Assembly (NCBI GenBank): GCA_040218735.1
Contig: JAVJQW010000061.1
Location: 96,001 to 160,000 of the forward strand
Length of the DNA stretch: 64,000 nucleotides
Direction: 5' to 3'
DNA from: Deltaproteobacteria bacterium
GTDB taxonomy: Bacteria > Myxococcota > Kuafuiibacteriia > Kuafuiibacteriales > Kuafuiibacteriaceae
Position 1 is the first letter of the stretch. Each line of letters starts with the position of its first letter. The notes under the pieces were generated by a model, which was not told the DNA's origin, did no database searches, and saw nothing but the letters and a program-made list of their open reading frames with translations. Made by a program: the position numbers and the translations under genes. Shown here in pieces: positions 1 through 7,678 of this stretch.

Positions 1-362
1 GACGAACACTTCGACTTCTGCGCGAGCACCGGCAGCGCCAGGTGTGTCGGGTGGTCGAATCGACCGTCGAACTCTCCGTTGGTCTTCAACCCCCGCAACC
101 GTGAGTCGAGCGGACGTTCCGCAACGTGACACGCGCGGCACAACGTCGACTCACGCCGTTCGAACTCCGCGCCATGACACGCGCTGTTCGAGCACGGCTT
201 GTGGTCCGGAGCCGGATAGGAAAGGACGCCGGACGACGAGCTCTCGTGGCACGCCTCGCACGTCAGCGTGACGCCGAGCTTCTCGTGTTGACCGTGCCAA
301 TAGCGGACGTCCTCCGACGCCTGCCCTACCGTCGCGAGCGCGACCACCAACCACAAACTCAC
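1..362 (-). CDS. Multiheme cytochrome c (c3/c7-like), truncated by the window edge
   Basis: Not in ORF track; manual translation from GTG at 362 (GTGA overlap with stop of 359..1144): MSLWLVVALATVGQASEDVRYWHGQHEKLGVTLTCEACHE...DHKPCSNSACHG...LCRACHV...FDHPTHL...KCS. Signal peptide, CxxCH, CxxxxCH, CxxCH, and a probable fourth motif starting at the edge. Confidence 0.85.
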   Translation of the reverse strand, partial: MSLWLVVALATVGQASEDVRYWHGQHEKLGVTLTCEACHESSSSGVLSYPAPDHKPCSNSACHGAEFERRESTLCRACHVAERPLDSRLRGLKTNGEFDGRFDHPTHLALPVLAQKSKCS

Positions 363-1144
363 GGTTCACTCCCCGGACGAACGTGACAAGCGAAACACCG
401 CGTCGTGTACACGCCGAACGCCTTCTTCCCGTCCTGGTGACAGGTCTTGCAAGCCGGCTTGCGCGGCAGCCCGACGCGCTGCCCCTTCGACGCCGTGCTC
501 TGAGAATGACACGCCGTGCACGCGGTGCCCGCAGCGACGCGGTTGTGTGCGAGGTGCGAGAAGCTCCCGGCGCGGAACGGGTCGGACGACGTCGACGCCA
601 GCGGCGGCACCGGAGCGGCGACGGCGACGTGACAACCGATGCAGTCGGCCATCGGCGGCGACGTCGTCCCGCCGTGGCACGCCGCATCCCCGCACGCCGT
701 GTGCTTCGAGCGCACGCGCTCCTTCTTCTCGTAGCCCACGTGGCACGTGGCGCACGTCGCCTCGAGCTGGAGATGCTTCGTGTGGTGGAAGGTCATGAGC
801 CCGAACTGTCGACGGCCCGAGGCGTCGAGGCGTGCGTGCCGGAACTGCCCCTTCTTGGTGGTGTGGCAAGTCGCGCAGAAGCGCCCCTCCCCCCACCGAC
901 GGTTCTTCGCCCAGCGCATCAACCCCTCTTGAAGATCACGCGCGTGACACCCCTCGGCCGAACACACCGCGTGTGCCTCCGGCTTCGCACCCACGACGGC
1001 GGTGGGCGCAAAGCTCCGGGCGGCGTCGAGCTGGTGACACCGGTTGCACTCCGCGACGTGCCCCGCCACCGGTCGCTCCGCGGTGTCGAGTTGAAAGTGC
1101 TCGTACGGCTGGGCGACCAGCGCGAGGAGGAGGAGAGGCGGCAT
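359..1144 (-). CDS. Nonaheme cytochrome c, three tandem triheme c7-like modules
   Basis: Signal peptide MPPLLLLALVAQ; CNRCH, CSAEGCH, CATCH, CATCH, CGDAACH, CIGCH, CTACH, CKTCH, CFACH; FHHTKH and FSHLAH distal-His motifs. Confidence 0.9.
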   Translation of the reverse strand: MPPLLLLALVAQPYEHFQLDTAERPVAGHVAECNRCHQLDAARSFAPTAVVGAKPEAHAVCSAEGCHARDLQEGLMRWAKNRRWGEGRFCATCHTTKKGQFRHARLDASGRRQFGLMTFHHTKHLQLEATCATCHVGYEKKERVRSKHTACGDAACHGGTTSPPMADCIGCHVAVAAPVPPLASTSSDPFRAGSFSHLAHNRVAAGTACTACHSQSTASKGQRVGLPRKPACKTCHQDGKKAFGVYTTRCFACHVRPGSEP

Positions 1145-1148
1145 CGTG

Positions 1149-3977
1149 TCAGTCGACCCAGTGAAGGAAGTCGCGCAGCCGAACCTCGGTGGACGGCGCC
1201 GCGGTGGTCGACGGCATCTTCACGTCCTTCGACTCCAAGAAACGCGTGAGCTCCTCCCGGAGCGTGACGAGCTCCGAGTGCAGCTCGTCGCCAGCCGCCG
1301 ACACCATCGACGTCGGGAGCTGCGCTCTGAACGCCTGCACGCGCTCGGCATCGAGCTTGTACGCCTCGGTGTACAGCTCGGCGCGTCGCTCCAGCATCTT
1401 CTGGTCGACCTGACCGCTGCGGAACGTCGCGACGATCGCGTTGAGGAGCACTTCGATGCGCTTGTCCTTCGGCGGGTTGAGCTTCAGCGCAGCCTCGTAC
1501 CGCGCGAGGCCACCGGAGGGCTGCTTCTGAATCATGCGCATGTTGCCGACGTTGTTCTCGGCGCCCGCGGTCGGCTCCTTGCCGAGGCTCGCGTCGAACA
1601 TCGCCTGGGCCTCGTTCATCCGGCCGCGGCGCACCTCGAGGATGCCCGCGCGATTGAGCGACGCGGCGGTGTTCTGGGAGAGCGAAGCCTCGATGGTCTT
1701 CTTGACGCGCGCGTCGTGCGCGGCGCGGCCCTTCTTGATCTGCTGCTCCATGACCTTCGCCGTGACGAGCTTCGCCTTCGCGAGGTCGGCGGGCGTCAGG
1801 TCGATCGGCGGAAACGCCTTCCACGCTTCGGCGATGTGCACGACGTTCTTCTCCGTCACCGGCTTGCGCGCCTTCTTGGCGGCGCCGATCTCCTTCGCGC
1901 CGGCGGCCCAGGCCTCCTCGAATGACTTGCCGACCTTCGTGGTCTCCAGCGGGATCCAGTTGCTCCCGTAGAGGTTCACGTACCGATTCGGGTCGCGGAC
2001 CACCGCCGCCGCCGCGCTCTTCGGGAGGTTGGTCTTCACGCCGACGAACACGTGCCCCGGCGTGCGAATGAGGACCGCCGGGATCGACGCCGCCTGGAGC
2101 AACGAGGCGTAGACGACCGCGAGGTCATCACAGTCACCGTCACGGCCGGCGAGGGTCTCCGCCGGGAACAACACGTAGTCGAGGCCCTGCGTGTTCCACG
2201 GGTTCGCCGGATCGTGCCGGTAGTCGTGCTGCGACAGCGCTGCGAACAGCGCGATGGGCATCGCGAGCGCGTCGTCGCCGCCGGCCGCCTTCACCGCGGT
2301 GCGCGCCGACGCCACCACGTCGCGGATCTGCTGCGACTGGGGCGTCACGAAGGCCGCGATCGAGGTCGGCTTCTTCCAGTCCATGGCGTTGCGGTCCAGG
2401 ACGAGCACGCCGACCTTTCGTTGTCGGGCCGGGTACCGCTCGTCGTCGACGCGATACTTCACCTTCACCTCGAGCACCGACGTCGACGCCGCGTCCTGCG
2501 CGCTGAGTTTGGTGTGGTCGAGGTCGAGGAGGATCGGCACCGTCTTCGTCGCCTTCGGCGCCAACGTGATGGGCGCTTCGTTCTCGATCGCGGCACGCGA
2601 GAAACCGGTGAGGGACGCCGAAACGAAGACATCCTCGATCGCTTTTTGACCGCGGTTCACCAGCGTGACCGTACCGACGGCGCCGCCCACTTCGGCTGCG
2701 TTGCCCGCCTTCGCGTACGCCCCCACCCGCGCCGGATAGATCTCGTGCGCCGAGACGGTGAACGAGAGCGGGTCGTTCGGCGGCTCGACGATCACGGACT
2801 TCTCGAACGGGATCGCATCGCGGTGGCGCTGCACCGACTCCGTGAGCGCCGACTTGAGCGCCTCCGCGAGCTTGGTGGCGCACGTCCCCGCCTCGTCGAT
2901 CGGGCAAGACGTCGAGTGGGACGTGAGCACGCGTGCGCGATGCGTCGCCCGCACCTCACCGAACAGACGCAGCGTCTTCTTGTCCGCCGTGTAGGAACCG
3001 ACCAACGCGATCTTCCCGCGCTTGGCGGCCAGCGCCTTCTTCTTCGACACGAGGCCGGCGTCGGACGTGATGAAGTCGAGGTCACCGAGCGTGGCGCGCA
3101 CGACCTCGGGCACCTCGCGCGCCAGCCAGCCGTGTTTCTTCAGCCCGCCCTTCCGCGTGAACGCAGCCGCGGCGAGGGTGATGACACCGCGCGGACGATA
3201 CTCCGCGTGGACGAGGCGATCGGAGAACCGCGTGACGAAGAGCGGACAGGACGCCTCACCCGCGATCGCCTCGGCGATCGCAGGAGCATCCCGATCGTCG
3301 TAGACGTCGAGCCGAAGCTCGCGTCGGCCTTGAACGCCGCGTTCGACCTTCTCGGCCTTCGTCGCGTTGCGAACACACGCGATGACTTCGCTCCCGACGC
3401 GTACGTCGACGTCCGTCTGGTAGGTCACGCGGAGCTCGGTGCTGCGCGGCGAGCTCGTGCCCCGCCCGCGGAGGATCTCGTCGAGCTTCGGCACGATCTT
3501 CTGGGTGAGGTTCTTCGTCCCGTTCTGCCGCGCGCCGTGCGCGTCGAAGTGACGCCCGATCCCCTCGACGTTCACCGCGCCGTCGATCTTCGCGGACCCG
3601 GTGACGAGGACCTTGAGCCGAACGCCGCCGCGGTAGAGCGCGAGGCCCTTGATCGGTGAGTCCTGCGGGAGGAGCCGCACCTCGCCGATGACGAGTCGAT
3701 CGACGTCGATCGCGTCGACGAGGACCTTCCCGTCCGCCTGGAGCAGCGGCTTGTCTCCCGCCGCCGCACGCACGGCCGCGGCCTGCGTCGGGTCGACGAG
3801 CTCGATGCCCTCCACGGAGCGGAAGTGCTCGAGCAGCCGGAACTCGACGCTCGAAGTCGTCTCCTGCTTCCCGTCGATGTACTCGTCGATGACGATCGCG
3901 ACGCGCGTCTTGGCGGAGGCTTCGGTGACCCCCGCGATGGTGACCAGCCCGGTCAGGAGCGCAATCGAACCTCTCAT
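1149..3977 (-). CDS. Secreted protein with TolB_N/FlgO-like, Ig-like, transglutaminase-like and TPR domains
   Basis: Start moved to ATG 3977 (MRGSIALLTGLVTIAGVTEASA, signal peptide), coupled to the upstream stop. GDCDDLAVVYASLL...PGHVFVGV...WIPLETT gives a Cys-His-Glu transglutaminase-like triad. C-terminal TPR-like helices (LNRAGILE, AENNVGNM). Confidence 0.75.
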   Translation of the reverse strand: MRGSIALLTGLVTIAGVTEASAKTRVAIVIDEYIDGKQETTSSVEFRLLEHFRSVEGIELVDPTQAAAVRAAAGDKPLLQADGKVLVDAIDVDRLVIGEVRLLPQDSPIKGLALYRGGVRLKVLVTGSAKIDGAVNVEGIGRHFDAHGARQNGTKNLTQKIVPKLDEILRGRGTSSPRSTELRVTYQTDVDVRVGSEVIACVRNATKAEKVERGVQGRRELRLDVYDDRDAPAIAEAIAGEASCPLFVTRFSDRLVHAEYRPRGVITLAAAAFTRKGGLKKHGWLAREVPEVVRATLGDLDFITSDAGLVSKKKALAAKRGKIALVGSYTADKKTLRLFGEVRATHRARVLTSHSTSCPIDEAGTCATKLAEALKSALTESVQRHRDAIPFEKSVIVEPPNDPLSFTVSAHEIYPARVGAYAKAGNAAEVGGAVGTVTLVNRGQKAIEDVFVSASLTGFSRAAIENEAPITLAPKATKTVPILLDLDHTKLSAQDAASTSVLEVKVKYRVDDERYPARQRKVGVLVLDRNAMDWKKPTSIAAFVTPQSQQIRDVVASARTAVKAAGGDDALAMPIALFAALSQHDYRHDPANPWNTQGLDYVLFPAETLAGRDGDCDDLAVVYASLLQAASIPAVLIRTPGHVFVGVKTNLPKSAAAAVVRDPNRYVNLYGSNWIPLETTKVGKSFEEAWAAGAKEIGAAKKARKPVTEKNVVHIAEAWKAFPPIDLTPADLAKAKLVTAKVMEQQIKKGRAAHDARVKKTIEASLSQNTAASLNRAGILEVRRGRMNEAQAMFDASLGKEPTAGAENNVGNMRMIQKQPSGGLARYEAALKLNPPKDKRIEVLLNAIVATFRSGQVDQKMLERRAELYTEAYKLDAERVQAFRAQLPTSMVSAAGDELHSELVTLREELTRFLESKDVKMPSTTAAPSTEVRLRDFLHWVD

Positions 3978-4741
3978 CACTTCCCCCTTCGCAGCTCGAA
4001 ACGAATCGTGCTCTTCAACTCGGACGGGTCGGCGCTCGCCGTCGTGCTGAAGTCGATGTCGAACTGCTTCCCTCGCAGGTGACCTTCCCCGCACGCGATG
4101 AACGCGGCGTTCGGCTCCCCTTTCGTCACCCGCAGTGCGGTGAAGTTGCCGAATCGATCAGCGTCGAGCGCAAAAGCCATCGACTCCGAGAACCCAGGAC
4201 AATCCGCCAGCTTGGAAGCGGTCTGGGCGAGGTCGGATTGTGACTTCGATGCGAGCGTCCCGCCTTCGACCCGGAGGTCGCGCACGCGTGCGACGCGCGC
4301 GGGGACCTCGATCTTCGGCGTCTTGGGCGGAGGTGTGTTCGGCGGCGGTGAGACCGGCGGAGGCGGAGGCGCGATCTTCGTGGGCGGGGGCGGAGGGGTC
4401 TTGATGGCGATCGGCGGGACCACCGAGGCGGGCGCGCCGGGCTCGCCGCCTCTTAGGAGGAAGAAGGCGAGCGCGGCGGCGGCGGCGACTGCGAGTCCTC
4501 CGACGACGAATCGCGGCCAGACCGGCGGTCGAACAGGCCCGCCCGCGTGAAGCCGCCTCCGGAGGCGTTCGACGGCGTCGCGCTCGGCGGCCGGGAGTGA
4601 CTTGAGGAGCTCGGTGGCCTCCTCTTCGGCCCGGATCGAGGCGTTGACGCGGTTGCGTACGCGATTGATTCGCGCGCGGCTGGCTTGGGTGCCGTCCCGC
4701 AGGTCTTCGAAGGCGCGGTCGAGGCGGTCGTCGTCACTCAT
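3977..4741 (-). CDS. Anti-sigma-like bitopic membrane protein with Pro-rich linker and TonB-C/AgmX-like C-terminal domain
   Basis: ATGA overlap with the ECF sigma gene; single TM (FVVGGLAVAAAAALAFFLL); poly-Pro linker. Confidence 0.6.
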   Translation of the reverse strand: MSDDDRLDRAFEDLRDGTQASRARINRVRNRVNASIRAEEEATELLKSLPAAERDAVERLRRRLHAGGPVRPPVWPRFVVGGLAVAAAAALAFFLLRGGEPGAPASVVPPIAIKTPPPPPTKIAPPPPPVSPPPNTPPPKTPKIEVPARVARVRDLRVEGGTLASKSQSDLAQTASKLADCPGFSESMAFALDADRFGNFTALRVTKGEPNAAFIACGEGHLRGKQFDIDFSTTASADPSELKSTIRFELRRGK

Positions 4742-5337
4742 CGCACACTCCCCTTGGCAGGTCTGGGGTTGCGAGCACCGGGGGGGTCGATGCCTTCGGC
4801 CTCGAGGAGCTGCAGCAGCCGCTTCTTACCCAGCCGCAGGCGACCTCGGACGGTGCCCTCCGGGATGCCGAGCATCTCGGCGACCTCGGGGCCCGACCGC
4901 CCCTCCACGTGCACGAGGATCAGCACCTCGCGCTGCGCGGCGGGGACACGTTCCATGAGACGTCGGATCCGATCCGAAGATTCTTTGCGAATGACGTCCA
5001 TCGCGGGCCCCGGTGCATCGTCCGCCACGTCGATCTCCTCCTGGGCTCCGACCCACCTCTTGATCCAGGCGCGACGCCGATATTTGGCCACGGTCTTACG
5101 CGTGATGCCGTAGAGCCACGACTTGAACTTGGTCGGGTCCTTCAGTGAACCCAGCTTCGTGAGCGCGACGATGAAGACCTCGTGCGCGATATCCTCCGGG
5201 TCGAGCCGCGGTCCGCACAACCGCGTGGCCCAGGTGACCACCACTTCGAGGTACGGGTCCACCAGCTGGGACTGCGCGACCGCGTCCCCCTTGGCTGCCC
5301 GTTCGATCAGTTCGCGTGTCGGCGTGTCGATGACCAT
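4738..5337 (-). CDS. ECF RNA polymerase sigma factor
   Basis: Start moved to ATG 5337 with GGGAGGG RBS; region 2 DPEDIAHEVF...FKSWLYGIT; region 4 EVAEMLGIPEGTVRGRLRLG. Confidence 0.9.
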   Translation of the reverse strand: MVIDTPTRELIERAAKGDAVAQSQLVDPYLEVVVTWATRLCGPRLDPEDIAHEVFIVALTKLGSLKDPTKFKSWLYGITRKTVAKYRRRAWIKRWVGAQEEIDVADDAPGPAMDVIRKESSDRIRRLMERVPAAQREVLILVHVEGRSGPEVAEMLGIPEGTVRGRLRLGKKRLLQLLEAEGIDPPGARNPRPAKGSVR

Positions 5338-5371
5338 CCCCTCCCGACCGCGCCGTGCGCTCACATCGAAG

Positions 5372-5403
5372 AATCGATCAATTCGATTTTCGAGTGATCG
5401 ATT
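5372..5403. promoter_or_regulatory. Inverted repeat in the divergent promoter region, candidate operator
   Basis: AATCGATCA-N14-TGATCGATT with inner TCGA-ttt-TCGA, in the AT-richer gap between the two divergent operons. Confidence 0.4.
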
Positions 5404-5497
5404 GCAAGAACTCGATGCACGGTCAAGGCGGATGTCGGGGTTGCGTGCAATGTGGCACTGCGTTAGTCGCGACGTGGCTCGGGGAGGGGGGCGCTCG

Positions 5498-6052
5498 ATG
5501 CAACGCGCGGCGGTCGCACAAAGCTCGATCTTGTTGCTCACGGCGGCGCTGCTCAGCGTGGGTTACGCCTGCCGGTCGAACGGGGGTGAGTACCGCCGAT
5601 CCGAGCGCACGGCCGCGCGGTCGTTGGCGCTGGGCGAGGCCCCCGATGACCACACGATCTTCTTTCGAAAGAACCACGGCGGCGCCGCTTCCGCGCGCGA
5701 CGCCAAGTGTTCGTCGTGTCACCTCGGCGTCAGCGGGAGCCCGACGGACTCTTGCATGGACTGCCACGCCACGATGCGTCCGCGTGACCACACTTTGCGG
5801 TGGCGCGGGCCGGCGCACGGTCGCTCCTCGGCGATCGAACCCACCCGGTGCGCCACGTGCCACGAGGCCGACGTCTGCTCCTCCTGCCACGCAGTGCCGC
5901 CGCCGAGTCACTCGCCGCTGAGGACATTTCGGTTCCGGCACGCGCGGCCGGCCGCACGCAACCCACGGTCCTGCCTGACCTGCCATACGTTCGAATCCAC
6001 TTGCATCGATTGCCACGCGCTCGACGTCGCGCCGCCGGTGGGGCTGCGATGA
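5498..6052 (+). CDS. Hexaheme cytochrome c, probable lipoprotein
   Basis: Start moved to ATG 5498 after GGAGG; LLLTAALLSVGYA-C lipobox-like signal; CSSCH, CMDCH, CATCH, CSSCH, CLTCH, CIDCH in three diheme repeats. Confidence 0.88.
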   Translation: MQRAAVAQSSILLLTAALLSVGYACRSNGGEYRRSERTAARSLALGEAPDDHTIFFRKNHGGAASARDAKCSSCHLGVSGSPTDSCMDCHATMRPRDHTLRWRGPAHGRSSAIEPTRCATCHEADVCSSCHAVPPPSHSPLRTFRFRHARPAARNPRSCLTCHTFESTCIDCHALDVAPPVGLR

Positions 6053-7668
6053 GTTGGGTCGCCTCCGCCCTCCTCGCCCTCGTCGTCGCGCAAGCGCCGA
6101 CCGCCGAGGCCTCGCCCGAAGAGGACCAAACCGTCCGCGGCCTCGAGGAGCAACTCATCCTGCGCCTCGACGCGACGGCTGACTTCGCGCTGACGACCGC
6201 CGAAGGCACCAACGCGGCCGGCGTGGAGATTCCGCCGGACACACTCCGTGACTCGACCAACTTCGTCATCGGCGACCTGCGCATCGGCTCCCGCGGTCTG
6301 CTGTACCAACCGCTGAGCACCTACGCGATGGCCACCGGCGGGCTGAACCTCGCGGGCGCCCCCGCGACGGTCGCGCTCGAGGAAGTCATCGCCAACGACG
6401 CCGCGGTGCACCCGACGATCTACGACCCCTACGGCGGACAGCAAGTCTTCTTGCGCCTCGCCTACGCCGAGCTCGACGGACTCACGGAGCGTGGCGCGCT
6501 GTCGCAGATCTACGTGCGGGCGGGCCGCCAGTTCCACTGGGGTGTCGCGCCGGTGACCTTCGACGGCGCGACCCTCGCGTTCGACTCGGGCCTGCTCCGC
6601 GCGAGCGGTTGGTTCGGCCAGCGCGCGGGTGTCTTCGAAGCGTTCCAACCTTCGCCGGGCATCGTCGGCGGGGCGTCGGCGCACCTCGACTTCGACGACC
6701 TCGACGTCCCGCTCTTGATTCGCGCCGAGTACACGTTTGCGCGTCGCTCGATCGCGCTCGACCCACGCGACACTGCGAACCTCGGGCTGAACGATCTCAC
6801 CGCCACCTCTCACCTCGGCCGCGTGTCCGCGTTCTACGACGTCACCCGCGACCTCCTCCTGCAGGCGCGTGTCGACACCCTCGACCAGGACGTCACCCGC
6901 GCGCGGCTCGGCGTGCGTTATCTGAACGTGCTCGGTGCGCTGTCCGTCGACCTGGATCAGAAGATCGGTGAGGAAGCGATCTACGCGGTGAGTGGGATGC
7001 GGACGATTACGGTGCGTGATCAGCGAACTCAGCTCGCACGCCCCGCCGTCGTCGAGGCGTTCCGCCTGGGGATGACCGATCGCAGCGCCTATACCCACCT
7101 CGACGCGCGCTTTGCGATCGAGATCCTCCCATGGCTGGAGATCGAACCCACCGGCGTCGCGCACGTCGTGTACGGCGACCCGGACACCCTCACGCCGTGG
7201 GACGCGTCGTTCTACGGCGTCGGGTTGGGCGTCTACAGCCGCCACCGCCTCGACGATTCGGCCGGCCTGGAGGTGGACTTCCGCTACGACGGCCGGCTCT
7301 ACGATCGCGACGTCGACGGCCTCGGCCTGTACACGGACGCGGGCGCGGGCCCCGAGAAGCTCGCCAACGAATTCACGCTGGGTGTGAGTTATGCGCTCGC
7401 GACCCGAGCCATCGGAAAACGCATGCTCCAGCGGCGCTGGCTGAAGCTCGGCGTCGCCGGGACGGTGCTGCTCTACGATCTCGCAACCCCGCACGAGGAC
7501 GACATCGGTCAGGACACGATGTTCGGCGCGTCGGCCTCGGCGGAGTGGGTACCGAACGACTACGTGTCACTCGCGCTCCGCTACGAGATGGCGGTGGACT
7601 CGTCGTTGTTCCTCCCGGAGCTCGGCGCTATCCACGAGCTCTTCCTGCGGACGCGCTTCGTGTTCTGA
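6049..7668 (+). CDS. Outer-membrane beta-barrel protein, putative porin partner of the cytochrome
   Basis: ATG 6049 in ATGA overlap; signal peptide; alternating amphipathic strands (YVRAGRQF, LRLAYAEL); C-terminal RFVF ending in Phe. Confidence 0.75.
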   Translation: MSWVASALLALVVAQAPTAEASPEEDQTVRGLEEQLILRLDATADFALTTAEGTNAAGVEIPPDTLRDSTNFVIGDLRIGSRGLLYQPLSTYAMATGGLNLAGAPATVALEEVIANDAAVHPTIYDPYGGQQVFLRLAYAELDGLTERGALSQIYVRAGRQFHWGVAPVTFDGATLAFDSGLLRASGWFGQRAGVFEAFQPSPGIVGGASAHLDFDDLDVPLLIRAEYTFARRSIALDPRDTANLGLNDLTATSHLGRVSAFYDVTRDLLLQARVDTLDQDVTRARLGVRYLNVLGALSVDLDQKIGEEAIYAVSGMRTITVRDQRTQLARPAVVEAFRLGMTDRSAYTHLDARFAIEILPWLEIEPTGVAHVVYGDPDTLTPWDASFYGVGLGVYSRHRLDDSAGLEVDFRYDGRLYDRDVDGLGLYTDAGAGPEKLANEFTLGVSYALATRAIGKRMLQRRWLKLGVAGTVLLYDLATPHEDDIGQDTMFGASASAEWVPNDYVSLALRYEMAVDSSLFLPELGAIHELFLRTRFVF

Positions 7669-7678
7669 GGCCAGTGCG

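Noticed and set aside
5453-5468. TGGCAC as a sigma54 promoter for the redox operon
   Set aside because: The -12 position reads GT rather than the conserved GC.
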